A stretch of DNA of 64,000 nt. Origin: Raillietiella orientalis. Taxonomy: Eukaryota. Positions 22,739-36,324 of this stretch are shown here, piece by piece (the first letter of the stretch is position 1; every line of letters begins with the position of its first letter). Both the position numbers and the translations under genes were made by a program. The DNA lies in NCBI GenBank assembly GCA_036172245.1, contig JAYWIR010000010.1, forward strand, positions 744,001-808,000. The letters run 5' to 3'. The notes under the pieces were generated by a model. The model saw nothing but the letters and a program-made list of their open reading frames with translations. It ran no database searches and was not told the origin of the DNA.

Positions 22739-25700
22739 GGCAGACTGGGAGAGGGAAGGGTTACATTCGCTCACCCCTGCAAGAAGCTGTTTTGATAGAC
22801 TTTTTTTACATTCTTGATCATTCTTCGTTTCGCCCGTGTACAAAGGCAGTCTGCCTCTGTCGCGATGTGAACTTGGTGCCTTTGGGTGGGCTCAGGCCCT
22901 CCGGGGGCCGACGCACACTTCTGTGGGATTCTATGGACACTGAGGGGTTGATGCCCTAAGGCAGCCCACCCTTAGTTTTTTGTGTGGAATATCGCGAGCC
23001 TTTTCCATGATGGACCCTTTCGCCGTGAGAACTCGCCCGTGTGAATGCAATGAATTCAGCACTTCTCTTGCATAAAGGTGTACAATCAGGATGTGTCGCG
23101 AACAACTTCCGGTTCTGCAAAGGGGTGCGCCCCCGCACGGGATGTCCGTTGTGGGCGGTCGTTCAAGAGCGCACCGAAATTCACGTTAAGTCGGTTTGGA
23201 CGTCTGTGGCTTCGGGATTTCTAACGTTAATGCTGCGAATCGGAGGAGGCTGTCTTCTGAAATGTCAAACGCCAGCAGTAAGAAGAAAATTTGGCGGACG
23301 GGCACTGGCGCTTTCTCAATCTGCTGGGACTCTGGCGTTTTTCCTCATGGAAGTAAATGGGAACCTAAGTTCTTTGTCTCTTCATCTGCCGTGGATCCGT
23401 TGCTTCCACTACAACATGTGACGTGGAGAGAGCCACGAGGCACCACGAAGAGTTCGAAAATGTCGCTTGTGGAGCTCGAAACAGTCTGACGTTTTCGTTT
23501 CGGGTTGTAATCCTTCTGCTTCTCGCCTACAGCCGTTTTTTTTCTTCCTTTTTCACGTGCTTTACGAATGCAATTGCTCTTCAGCAAAAGAAAGTCATTT
23601 CTGCATACATTACATGCATTTTATTTCGGGTTCTCTTCTTCGCAGTACTCAAGAGTGAGGTCACTAAACCAATAGTTGGACCGACGAAATTGGAGGGCAT
23701 TCGTGTAGCATTTTTTTTTTTTTTTGAAAAAAAAAAAAAAGGAAGAATGTGAAAAAGCTGGCTAAATTTCAAATTTAAGGAGCCGGCATTCGTTGTACCT
23801 AAGATGGCAACTCGCCGTACCAGTCGGTGTAAAAGCGTGCCCATTGCTGGAGCGGCAAAAAGGATGCACACAGCTGATCACAGCCGTCTGCAGCTGATCC
23901 TTACCAACGGTGGTACGGAGTGCGGCGGTCCAGCGCGGATCGAAAGCGGTCCGATTCTCCTTCGAGAAAAATCTTCGTCTTCGAGCGTGTTCGAGCGTCT
24001 TCGAGCCAACCGATCTTCAGGAAGAATTTGGGTTCGGAGAAGACGCAAGAGAGTGGCGGCGGCTGTGGAGATGCTCTCCTGTGAGCATGGGAGTTTCTTG
24101 GGGAAGCACTTGAGGGCCGCTTCGCAGCGTTTCAGCTCGCCCGACCAACAGAGGGAACGCTGTCCGCTGCTTTTGCCTTCCTCTACGCGCAAGTCGCTCT
24201 CGTCCCGCTCCAGACTGAAACGGCGCCCGCGAACAAAAAAAAAAAAAAAATCCAAACCACAACGAAGGACGTTTGCAGCCCCAACGAACGGAAGTGCCAG
24301 AGAAACTCGAGAACGCTACAGCCACAGCAGCAGTAACAACAGAACTGTAATGATCTGAAAGCGAAGAGTCCGGAAGGTATCGAGAACTCTTGTTTGACCT
24401 TTGGTTTCTTCACATCCTGACCTTTCGAGACGACTCGTGTCCGAAGTTTCCCCCGCCTGCAACACCTGTAATCCGAACCCGGGATGGTAAGGAGAAACGT
24501 CAGCTGGACGCAGCATTGACTGGGATTGCCTTCCAGAGCTGCCTCCCGGCTGTAGCGTCTCCGGGAGCGGGTCGCCCATCCCCCTTGCTCGGGAAAACCT
24601 TCTCGGAACCACCGTGTGGCAACCCCTCTCCGAAGTGTCTTCGGAGGAACACGGCTGGTGCTTTTCGATCCTGCCTTCCTGCCCCCCCCCCCCCCCCCAT
24701 CTCCTCCCTCTCTTCTGAGGGATGCTCCGGCCAGGGCTCGAGGCCAGCGCGCTCGCCTCGCAGCTGGGCGGGCAAAGGGAACGCGGGGGGAGGATGGGGA
24801 AAGGGACGCAGGCGAGGTCCTGCTCGCGCGGACCTACTGCTCGCGGGTGGGGGAAGAAAGAAGCACTTCCCGCGGCCTGGCGCACGAGCGCACGCAGCCC
24901 GCAGGGACGCACGGAAGCGTCGCGGGAGAGCCGCTTTCCTGAGGTGCACCGGCGCCCGCCCGCTGCCCGCAGAGTCTCCGTCGAAAGGTCCTCCCGCTTG
25001 CTCCTCCCGACTCCTGGACCGGCAACCAGGAGAAGCCCCGGGACCAGAAAGCCCGGGTCGAAAGGAGGGCTCTGGAGGCTGCCCCTGCGTTCACCGGTCC
25101 CCCTCCCCAGAAGGCTAAGCGGAGTGACGCTCTGCGAAGAGAGGCGTCTTCTCTCCTGCGCAGCAGGAATGTGGGTCCGTTCGACTTCCGCCAGAACTTC
25201 CCCAGGAGTTGCCGTCCCGCCGGATTCCGGAGCTGCAGCTGGGTTGCAGCAGCAGCAGCAGAGATTTCCGTACCTCCGTCACGTGACATGCCTGCGACCC
25301 GCCCAGCGGATGCTTCCACCGTCTTTTAGTGCGCTCACATATGCGCGAGAAACTCCTCCTCCTTCCTTCCTTCCTCCCCCCCCCCTCCCCTCCCCCTCCG
25401 TCCTGCTCCGCGTGGCGGAGGCAAGAGGCAGTGGCGTACGACATCCGGCCGCTGCACCGCTCGCTTCGCGAGGCCGGATGTCGGCCGACGACGGGGGAAC
25501 GCGCTCCGGGAGTGTCGTCGGCTGCTATGGGAACCATCCGGCTCCCTCCGGAGGAGGAGGAGGAGGGGAGAGATAGGTGGAACGAGATCGCTCGCGCCTC
25601 GCTGCTGCGGGCAACGACGGTGGTTGGCATCTTCCGCTGCGCACGCCCACCTTCCCTCCTGTCCGCTAGCCTGCGAGAGAGGCGGCTCCTTTCCTCCCTT

Positions 25701-28700
25701 CTCCGGTCGGGCGATCCGCAGAAGCGGCGGACCTGTTCTGCCCCCTCCCCCCCATCCCCACCACGGCGTTCGTTTCGGCGCAGACGCTTCGGTCTTCGTC
25801 GCTCTTTCTGCTGCTGCTACCGCTGTGCGCCGTCTGCCGAGCAACCGATCGGCGTCGAATCCGCCGCACCGGCGCCGCGCTCCTCTGGGGCTGCGAGCAC
25901 CAAGTAGAACCCCTCCGGGACTTTCGAGATCCTCCCCCCCCTTCCCTTGATCACAGCAGAGGGTGAATGCGCCGGCAGCAGGGCTTCGGAAGGGAGATCC
26001 GGAACGGACCTGCGCCGCGAAGAACCACCAACGAAAGGGAAATTGCGCGCCGTCGCCGGCGAGCTGAGCTCCGCAGGCGGCGAGCCGAGAGGGTTCGACC
26101 TGGGCGACAGACGGCGTCATGATGACCTTGCGCCCAGTGACGTGAGGGCGGGATGACACGCCTAAGGGCCCAGAGACACTCCTTGTGTCTTTGCTCATGG
26201 CTTCCCTCTCCCCTTTCCCGCCGGCGAACCCGCAGTGGTGGGGCGGAAGCCGACTCGCGTCCATCCCCGGGCGCACATCGCTGCTGGAGGGCCGTTCGTG
26301 GAGTCGTCACGCGTTTCGCTCTCCGGTGTGGTCGAGAGACGCCTCCCCTCCCGGTGCTGGCCTCGGAAGACGGGCGAGAGGCGGATGAAAGTTCGGGAAG
26401 GTGCGGGGAAACACCGGGAACGACCATCGAGCTAGGGCAGCCAGTGCCATCGTTTTCTCTTTTGCGAAGGTGGGTGCGTCTCCGCCGGAAAGAGGAAAGG
26501 GCGAAACACCACACGCACAAAAAGTGTCACGAAAGGCGGCGACGAAGAGCCTACGAACCCCTCAGGCGCTGTAGCTTTCGGATGCAACCTCCGGCTGCAA
26601 ACGATGCAGCCGGAGGTTTCGTCATCCCATCCACGGAATCACAAAGAAGCGAGGCAGTGCGATGACGAAGCACCGTCGGGACGGCGGCGGGGATCGAAAG
26701 GAGCGAAGTCGCAGGAATTTGGCGGTTTCGGCGGTGCCGCCTGTGAGCGAAAGGAGGGACCGGGTGGGCTCCGCCACCGGGTGTCCTCGAACCAGAGCTT
26801 CCCGGGGAAAGGCCGGCAGGGGTGCCACACGTCCTGATGAGCGGGAGGACCATTTGCGGAGCGGAGGTGGAATCCTGGATCAAAGCACGACGCGGGGCAA
26901 AAAATCGGGAACGGCGGGACCACAAAAATTCCATCCGAGACGAATTGCTCAGTTGGAAAGAGAGAGAGAGAGAGAGAAAGTCAGCAAAAAGTTCGCCTGT
27001 TTGTTTGTTTTTAAAAAAAGATACGATCTGGTGGAAGTGCGCCTATATGCCTTCTAAAGTGCCTATTTTTTTTTTTCTTTCCTCTGAGCCAATATACAAT
27101 GTAATACTGGAAAGCACCGGATCAGGAAGCAGTGCTTTCGATCAGCGTGATCAGTGTTTGGATAGCAGGAAGCTTATCAATTACGGAATTCTGGAAGGTG
27201 CGTTTCTCTTGGCGCAGAGACGGGAAGGAAACCCAAAGGACTCGTCTGCAAGAAAACTCTGCTCGCGGAACTTCTTGTGCTTCGTGGCTGCAGACAAGCG
27301 TCCCCACAAGTCCGACCCGCTTCTGCGTGTTCAAATCCCGGATTTCCGAAAGAGACGTCGGAAGCTTTGGGAAAACATCAGGGAACAAATGGCACGAGGG
27401 AAAAGGGAAAAGGAGCACCGCTCTAATCTTGACTCTCTCGTTAGGGGATCGGCTGCAGAACTGAAAGCGGAAGCACAAGAAACAGGGTTGTAAGGGAACA
27501 GTTGAAATTGTGCTTTCGAAACCAAGAGAAACGGAAGTGGACCTATTCGGAAGAGGAAGCAATGCACGGGGATGTTTTTTTTTTTGTTTGAAGAAACAGA
27601 GAACATCAGAGTTTTCCATATTCTTGTTCAAATCTTCAAAGACCACACACAGTTTCCACACTTACGATATAGTTCTAAAATCCCTTTCACTACTTGGGCG
27701 CAAAAAAGCTTGCCTTCCCTATTTTTGCTTCTTTTTTTAAATGGCATTTGCTTCCGCCTCCCTATTCGCCATTTTGGAAAAACTTCGCTTCCCCCCGTCA
27801 CGAGCCGCTCCGATCCACCAAACACTCAACAATGCGCGCACATCTATTTATAGACACTCGTGCCGGGCTACGCCATCGCCCTGGTGAGCCTAGAGGGACC
27901 GCGGTCCACGGAACGTCTCCTCACATGAGATGGTGAACTGAGTGACACTCTGCACGCTGCTGCTCCCTCACAACGGCATGGGGAGGGGAGAGGGGAAAGA
28001 AAAAAACTCACTGATCCAGAACCAGATTTCGGTATAGTAAACTATTAAATAGGATCTTTCTCTTTTCTTTTCCTTTCTTTGTTTCTGCTTTGGCAAATGG
28101 GAGCCTTGAACAACTGATGTGCTGTTTTAGAAGAAAAAAAAAAAAAAAAAAACTTTGTGTTAGGACGGATATCTTCCCGTCCGATAAGACGTAGGGATGA
28201 GAATCCGCACAGCGGCAGTCGTCGTCATGACCAGCTCTAGGCAACCGCGGAAAGATTTGCTTATCTCCCCTCACTCCTCCTTGCAACGTAGGGCGCGAGA
28301 CACCAGCGTTTCCATCGTTGGCGGTGATAACTTTCAAGATGATGAATACCGAGTTGCCCCGAGGGGAAACCTTCAACAACCCCAGCAGCAAGCAGAAGGA
28401 GAGAATCCGGTCTTTAAAGTTTTCTTATAATCCCTCACCTCGAGGAGGGAAAAAAAAAAAAAAAAAAAAGGACATTAGAAATCCTAGGCGTCTCACTTTG
28501 CATCATGGTGGCTGGAACTCAGTTGAGAATGAATTCGAATCTCAACCGAAGGGTACGTGGTGGCAAATCCGCCCGTAGAGAGATGTGCAGCTACTCTTCG
28601 CCCAACCACGTACCTTCGAAGAGCGGATGTGCAAGTGACGACTCTTCGGTCCTGGTCATTTCCACCCACCCACATCTTCCAAAAGAGGCTGCAGTCGGAG

Positions 28701-28984
28701 CTTTGCAGCAGCGGGTCGGCAGCGCAGGGTTACCACGAAGAGAAAGGCACAAGAACGTTTTCACACGGCCACAGCGAAGTGGCACGATGTTGGGAGAAGA
28801 AGCGGCAGAGTTCGCGAACTGGGGGAAGGAGAGAGAGAGAGAGAAAAAAAAAGACAATTCGTACAGTGAAAAAAAGAACGTACATGCGTGCTTATGGGAC
28901 CCAAGAACCGAACAAAACCCCATTTGATTGCTCACGAGCAAATCAGAAATCTTAGCACAAGCGATAAAGTAGAGCAGAACGATA

Positions 28985-29016
<32 letters not shown>

Positions 29017-29949
29017 GTGCTCAATTGAAAGAGGGATAGCATGCATCAAAAACCAGCATGAGAACAAATTTTTTAATCGATTCCGCCAACTGAGAAAGGC
29101 GGACTTATCAACTGATTAAGTTGCCCGAACTTTAGGCTCCCTAGCGAAGAAGATACTTTTACTTTTACGGTTTGCAAAAAAACAAGAAAAATATCTTTTT
29201 ATACAAAACCACGACAGTTTTGGATGCCACGTGTTCTGAAGAAGCCACTCTGGGTTTTAAACCAGCGATCCCATAATATCTTTAGGTTTCACCAAAGCAA
29301 TCAGTGCATTACAGACTTTTTTTTTTTTTCCAGAAAATTCTTCGGTTACACTACCATGCTTTAAAGACGTATCAGAAAAAAAAATGTGGATATGATTGAT
29401 GACTCTTTCTTACAGAGGGATGCAAAGTTATTTAGAGGGGGGGGGGAGGAGAGAGAGAGAAAACTCCAAGAGTGTGATATTTTGGCCTCGAAGAGAAATT
29501 CACTTTCAAAATATCTTGCTTGAGAAGGTTGGGCAGAAAACGATATTCGTGGAAGCAAAAAATGCTCTTCCAGGAACATGTGCGATAGGCATTCCGATCC
29601 CATGAATACAATAATTCAAATCAATTGCTGGGCCCTGTATCTCCAAGGAGACGATGCTGCAAGAACGACCCGCAGCTCTCTGTTCCTCGTGCTCATAGCA
29701 GGATGGTCAGTGTCCACTAGTTCCCGACAGTCACGAAGAATGAGTTGATTTTTGAGCACAGGCGGTTCCTTTCTCATGTCATCCGGCTTCCGGTTGCCAC
29801 CTCTCGCGGAAGGACGCTTCGATTTGCTCCACGGATGCCTTGACAGCGATTTCCATCCATCATTGAAGCAAAAAGATCAGGAAGAAACTCTTGTCAGATC
29901 ACATTTCAAGAAAATTCTCCCCTTTCCTAGTGTGATGAAATGCCGAAAG

Positions 29950-31780
29950 AAGGTTAATGACTCCTGGTGTTCGACTCGATGCGAATTGATAGATACGACA
30001 AGATGCTCCCAGAATTGTTATGTTTTCTGAAAGCACCGATGAATGATGCTGAGATGGAAGTTCTCGCCGCAAACGCTGAAACCATCAGTTTCCTAAATGA
30101 GTGGAAGCAAAACGAAATAACAGGCTCTTGCAGCTGCGAAAATGATCCTTCGGGAACCTTGGAGACGACTAGTGATTTGGATTTTGTTTAAAATTCATCT
30201 CAGGATTCACTTTAATTAGGATCGCACTGGGAAGCGTGCAAAGATAGCATCGGATCCAGTGTTATTGAACTCTAGAAAATTCTTAAACGTTCAGTCTTAT
30301 GGATCAGTACGAACAAGGCCCTGAAATTGTTCTCCGATCTATGGTAGCACTCATATGGAAACGGTTTTCCTGCTCATGGCAACGAATTCCAATACCACTC
30401 CCCGATTTCATATCGACAAGTGAGTTTTCGCGCATCATCCCATTCCCAACGAAACAGCTTTTTGGCGAAGATTTACGAATCTGAGGGCAGAATGGGGGCG
30501 GGAACAGACAAGCCATATCTATTAGAGAGCAGCTTGTGAAATACAGCCCAAAACCAAAGTGCAGAGCTTCTGGATCGTTTCCTTGCCACTCAGTGGCAAC
30601 CAAGGGAATTCACATGGGCGAACAAGTCTCTGGAAGTAACGCCGTTCGACTTATCACGATGCACGTTGTTTCGCAAGGGCGACGGGAGTCGCTGGACTTC
30701 ACTGAGGTCATTCGGGGAAGCCGTTTCGCTCTGGTTGCACCACTGACGGTCAAATGCCGATTCGATCACTAACTTTCCCCCGAGTTAGTGATCAGCTCTT
30801 CCTCTCGAATCGAATCTTTTCCGATTTCGCTACTCCGAGCTGCGAGGTGAGACGGTGGCTGGAGCACACGGCCGTCTCCCCCCGCAAGAGATCGAACGGG
30901 GCGAAAGACTCCTCGAAGTGTGCAGATTTTCGCCTGCACTCATTTTTCATCATCTCTGTACACACGGATGCACGTGTATTCATGCCTGTTCGAGATCGCC
31001 ACAAGGGTTGTTGTCTCAGGACACTCGATGCAAGAGTGCTTTCCTCAGGTTCCTCCCCTTGTGAGAACCTCGGAGACTCGGATGAAAATCTCCGCTGCAG
31101 CTCATGTACCGATGACGGCACGAATCATAGCAGAGATTGGAAATGGGATTGAAACACCATACGTCTGTAAATACGGAACAGAACACCTTACCGGGTTGGG
31201 TTCGCTTAATGAAAGAATACTGCGTCCCAGGATAAGAGAATTCCAGAATATGTATTCTACTTTCATCTTTCCGAGCTTCTCGCGAAAGTGGCAAGTCGAG
31301 GGCAGGCAGTCTCTTTCTCAGGATGATTTTCGATCACGGAGACGCGCTTCCCATCCTCATCACATTGCATAGCTTTCAACTACGCAGACACGCCTAGCTA
31401 CAAGGGGATTTCAACGTTAGATTGTTGCTATCGCCCATTCACGGAATGGTTGCCCTCGGGACAAGAAACATAACCTTTATCTCAAGTCCTGTCTCTGCAT
31501 ATTGAAGAAGCTGTGCCTTAACCATGAGGCAAGCGTGAAACTCGTGCCTTCCCACGCGCTGATGCTCCGTGGGACCCATGGTGGCTACGTGCAACGGGGG
31601 GCAACCGAATTTCCAAGACCGTTTCTGGATTTTCTTTCCCCACTTTTGAAGAGCCAGAGGATCGGATTCCAGGAAAACGAATTTGCGTTCTTGAGAGCTT
31701 TGAGCTCGCCCGCCACGAGCGTTGAGCTGAACTGAAGAAGGGAAAAGAACCTTTCCCGTCCGAGGTTCTTTGGTTCCCAA
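29950..31780 (+). mobile_element. Decayed RTE-like LINE RT region
   Basis: ETISFLNEWKQNEITG (motif 0). IETPYVCKYGTEHLTGLGSLNERILRPRI resembles IE.V..FKYLG..I...G....EI..RI. HGGYVQRGATEFPRPFL...QRIG resembles W.GHV.RM...R.PK. Confidence 0.5.
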
Positions 31781-32149
31781 TCATTTTAGACGTTCGTACT
31801 GCAATGAGCGATCGAATTCATAAGAAGTGAAGGCATGCGCAGACAAAAGACAAAATACTGTTTTGCATTTTTTCCCGAGTTTGAATTTTCGCTAATTTTC
31901 TCCCTCTTTTTTTTTTTTTTTTTTTTTTCTTAAAGAGCCCTCCCCCCACCCGTTCTGTGCTTTGCAAAGCACATACAGAAATGCAATTTTCGGTCTCTCA
32001 ACAGCCGTTTGGAACACAGTCAGAATGCTTTAAGAAAAATTGCTGAAGACTTGAAAACTTGCTCTATTCCAATTCAGGGTAATTGATGAACGTTTCCCGC
32101 GCATTCTCTTTACTTAGTCTTAATTCCTCATGACGAGCAGCAATAAAAA

Positions 32150-33900
32150 AAAACTGCCACCTGAGTTGCTAAGGTGTTCTGTCGCCTGACGACCCCGGTG
32201 AGCTCGTTTCGAGGAGGCGTTCGAATGCGCAGCGTCCGATTTCAGTCGAGCATGAGAAAAGGCGCAAACGGCTTTCCCGGAATTCGTGCTTTCCGGGAGA
32301 GATCGCAGTTGTCCTTCGAAAACGGATTCGTGCCCCTCTTCGAGCACGGGCGTTACCGAACTCTTCCTCGACAACTGCGCCCGAGGGGAAAGCTGCCGCA
32401 ATTTTCAAGTCTTCGCAAATGCGAGGAAGCGTGGACACGCCAGTAAAGGACAAGCCCTGCTTGCCCCTGACTTTTCCCCCTCGGCGTTCCGTACCTGGCA
32501 ACGGAATCGGTTGCTTCGTTTCTTCGAGACGCTCTCCCGGCTGCTTCTCGGCGCTTTGCTTCCACTTACCGGATGGAGGAGTCCTCACCGCGGTCCCTGC
32601 GAATTTCCAGGCGTCCCTTCACTCACCGGAAGCTAGCAATTCATAGCAATGCACCACGAGTGCAGGAAACTCTTGTTCGAATGTCGGTTACATCCGCTGA
32701 CCTAAAAATATTACCTCCAAGTAAAGTTTTCCAGCCAGCAACAATCGCCACCTCGGCAAGACCTCATTGCTCACTGTGCTGTTGTCCCCGCGCGAAGGTT
32801 ACGCAGCATAGGTTGTCCTGGGCACCTAGCTTTCCGAGATCCCTTCGAGTCCTCGAGATTGACGTCACTTGCGCGCCACCGTCTGCTTCTTTTGCTGCGA
32901 GTCGGCGTCGGAAAAATCCCTCCTTGGATGGTGAGTGCTGCCTCCCGCCTCGCCGTGCGCTCTCGGTGGACGAACTCTTCGCCAACGTCCTTGTTTCTGA
33001 GTCTTCTGCCTGGCTGCAGCTTTGGTTCTTTTCCGTTCCCGGCTCCGGGTTCTCGAACAGGTACCAGATTCCCTTTTCGTCCCGATGCGATGCGCGACGG
33101 AACTCTCCCGGGATCTGGGGATTGGGCTCAGAGGAGGTTCCCACGGAACCCTTCTCCACGTTGAACTTCAGAGATCCGGTCGTCGCACCTGCGGCTCCCT
33201 CTGATATCTGTGCCGACGTGGCGGCTCCTGCAGGCCTCGCCTCCGAATACTTCATCCCCACCCTCCCATTCGTCGGAACATGCCATCCTGCCCCGACGGA
33301 ACGCCAGAGGGCAAGGAGGAGGACTCTACCCGGGCGTCCCGGCGGTCGAGTGGTGCATCTCTCCGAGGCCGGCTGCTCTGGCAGGAGAGTCACCGCACGC
33401 TTCCTGGCAGACTCCACCCTCTTCGGTCGCCACTTCCTGCTGCCCATGGCAACCGGCAGCCCTCTGTACGATGCCGCTGAGCGTCGCATCGGACTCCCTG
33501 GTCCACGGTTTCGTCCATCCCGCAGCGCCTGTTGCGCCTAGCAAAGTGGGCCGTTCGCGTGGATCTGGCAACCCGAGTTGCAGCGTCCCAAAGAACCGCA
33601 CCTCCCAGCCACTTAAAGTGCGCAAAGAGGAGGTCATCTTGGCCCCAAGGCCAAGATCGTTTGCTTCTCCTGGTGAGAATTCCCTCTTCCTTCCTTTTCG
33701 ACGAGCGCCAGCTATCCTGAGGAAAATCTCGAAAGCACTCTCCCATGTACCAACAGCGGCACAATGCATTAGTGGATAGGATGAGGAACGCATCCATCCC
33801 AACAGCCGGATGGAGGCTGATTTCTGCGAATCAGCAAGAAGGGAAGCCGCTGCCAGATGGTTCAAACAGCTTCCGCTTTGAAAGGAGTAATCAACCGACC
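32150..33900 (-). mobile_element. Decayed CR1/L2/Jockey-like LINE fragment
   Basis: RKSSVTPVLEEGHESVFEGQLRSLPESTNSGKAVCAFSHARLK resembles WK.A.VTPI.KKG....YRPISL....K..E.....RL. Possible APE remnant (VGTW, resembling ETW) upstream. Confidence 0.45.
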
Positions 33901-34999
33901 CCATGCAAATTCCGTGGGAGCTCAAGAGTCGTTTCGTGGGTCATTTGAGCTCGATGGATGTGCCTTCCATGGGGAATGATTTGCTCCCTGTTAGGGACGC
34001 TGAGTGTCCATGGCATACCAGCGTACGAACCAGGCAAGAAAAATTACACTGATGGGGAAAACGGGGAAACGTCAAACTGGTACGCAGGAAGAGAATCTTT
34101 TCTTCTTTTTTTGAGTGGACAAGGGTCGTACCTAGAAGCACGTGCATTGCCGTCAGCCATGTAATGAAATTGCAAGTGAAGATGCCTCGATTGATGAGAG
34201 AGAATGGTGCAAAAGAAACTGCAGCCGCCAGAAGGTTGCAGCGATCGTGAATGAGGCAAAACGAAAAACAAAAAACAAAAAGCCGAGATGGAGACCTCCA
34301 GTACAAAAGTCAAGGAGGACAGGCAACACCCATCTTCCAACAACTAGCAGTCTCAAACTTTTCGCCGGAGCTTTCCTCACACGGTGAGCTCTCGCTCACT
34401 GTTGAGGAACGAGCCTGCCGCTGTTTCCGACCGCTCCAAGACCTCTTGCACGAAAGGAGGAACAGCTCACCGAGACACCCGTCCGAACAACAGAAGGATG
34501 CGAAGGTGAGCTTGTGAGTCAAAGGCAGCTTGCCTGATCAAGCGGTCACGAGGGCATCTGCGTTGAAGAGAACGAACTGGAAAGATTCAGTGCTCCTGCA
34601 GCGCAAGCATTCGGCACACTTTCACTGAGCTGAAGGAAGCTGGAGGATGGAGTGGAGGATGGATGGGATAAAGCCGAACTACCTGTGGGACAGGTTCTCA
34701 CCTTCGGAACGACGCAAGCCCATGAGGAGCAGCTGAACATCACTACGTCGAAGAGTTCAATCCGGCGCACCCGGAAGGAACCTCCACGAATCTCAGACAT
34801 CCAAGAGCTGCAACTCCTGCAGACAGCGGGCGACACGCAACTAACGAATATTCATCCCCGTGTAGCCAATCTTGGAGCATTCCTCTCATCCCGCGTGTTC
34901 TGGACCATTTATTTAAGTTAAATATGTGAGAGGGGTTTTACAAGGTTCGGGAACACACGAGAAGGATGAGGTCTCTGCATATGGACCGCGGTTCAGTAC

Positions 35000-35700
35000 T
35001 CGTACCAGCCAGAGAAACTGGTCGATCGCCATCTGGGCTCCATTCCGCTTCTTTCGCATTCGTATCGCTTCGCTACCCCTCCCCTCCCCACTGCAGGGTC
35101 CAATCGGAGCTCCCGATGCCGCTCAGGAGGTCTCCGGAGAGGTTCGAACCCGCGTCCCCGAGCTCGGCGCCCTGCCTGCGACATTCTGGTGGGTGCTCGC
35201 CTTCGCTCTCCGAGACGCGCACCTTCAAGGAACGCGAGGGAGGGGGCGCACCGGGACTGAGAGGGCGGAATCGTCGCCGCGATGAGCCTCCCTGCGGCCC
35301 GAATCGGCAGCTTCTCTTTAGGGTACTCACAGGAAGTTCAGGGCGAGGCGCGCTCAGCAGGCTCTTCTACCGAGTCGGACGCCAGAAGATCTCCTCGGAC
35401 GACTTGGGCGCGGGACTAGCGCATTTCGCTCGCCGCGACCCGCCATCCCGGCGGTCCCACGGGGATCGCTCGCCTGGACGTTGAGGTCCTCCATTGGAGA
35501 GAGGCTCCACGGGGTTCGACCGCCGCGCCCGCCCGAGGCGGCATCCCCTGAGCGCTTCCATCACCTCCTCGTGCAAGGATTGCACGCACGCGACTTCTTC
35601 GCGGCAGGAGATCCAAGGCGTGGCTGCAGGTCCACATCAGTTGTCTTCCGCACTCGAGAGAGAACCCACCACCCACCTTCTGCGCTCTGCCCCTTTGGCG
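35000..35700 (-). mobile_element. Possible LINE RT motif-0 fragment
   Basis: EEVMEALRGCRLGRARRSNPVEP resembles EEV..AL..MK.GKAPG.DGI..E; a single motif only. Confidence 0.25.
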
Positions 35701-36302
35701 CGGCTGTCTGGCAGCGCCAAATAGGCAAGGCTGTTGGAAGGGACGCCGTCGGTGGTCCAGGAGGTGCAGTTAAACCTCTCGTTCCGAACCAACCACCACT
35801 CCCTGTCTTCCCCTGAGAGCGTGCTCATGGAAACTCACAAGTGTTCCCCTCGAAGAGAGGTCTCCTCCCACGATCGCAGCTGAAAAGGTCAAACCGATGG
35901 TTCAATTCCTGCACTAGGAGCTTCCGGAAACTCGAGCTGCGTACGCAGCGCTGCTCGTGATCACGCGACCTGGTCCACGCCATCAGTCCAGTGCAGCTGC
36001 ACGTCGCAGAAACTCTTTCCTCAGCTGGGGCGTTTCTTCTTTCTTTGCGAAACAGATGCGCATCTTCGCTGGAACACAGTTGTATCGCTGGGGCAGAAGA
36101 GAAACTGCCTCGTCAGTAATTCGTCATCCTTTCATAATGATCATTTATTTAGCTTCGATGTTTTTCTGTTCCGTGATGTTAGCTACAACATCTTCTGGGT
36201 TACACGTCACCGCCTCTTTCAGGAGACGCCTTAGCTACCGCGGCGAGCCGAGATCTGGACGAGGCAGCGCGTCGAGTGAGCGAACTGCCTAGGTGCAGTT
36301 GC

Positions 36303-36324
36303 AATCATCATCATCATCATCATC
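36303..36324. repeat. (ATC)n microsatellite
   Basis: Directly visible. Confidence 0.9.

Noticed and set aside
23804..24358. 184-aa ORF containing SVFERL
   Set aside because: Runs through an A-homopolymer, has no clear splice sites or domain, and lacks sufficient support.
27860..27950. HDV-like ribozyme candidate (TCTCCTCAC...GGTGAAC)
   Set aside because: P1, P3 and P1.1 pairings cannot be satisfied together.
35860..35922. GGTTCAATTCC B-box/T-loop (tRNA-like)
   Set aside because: Could not build acceptor, D or anticodon stems.
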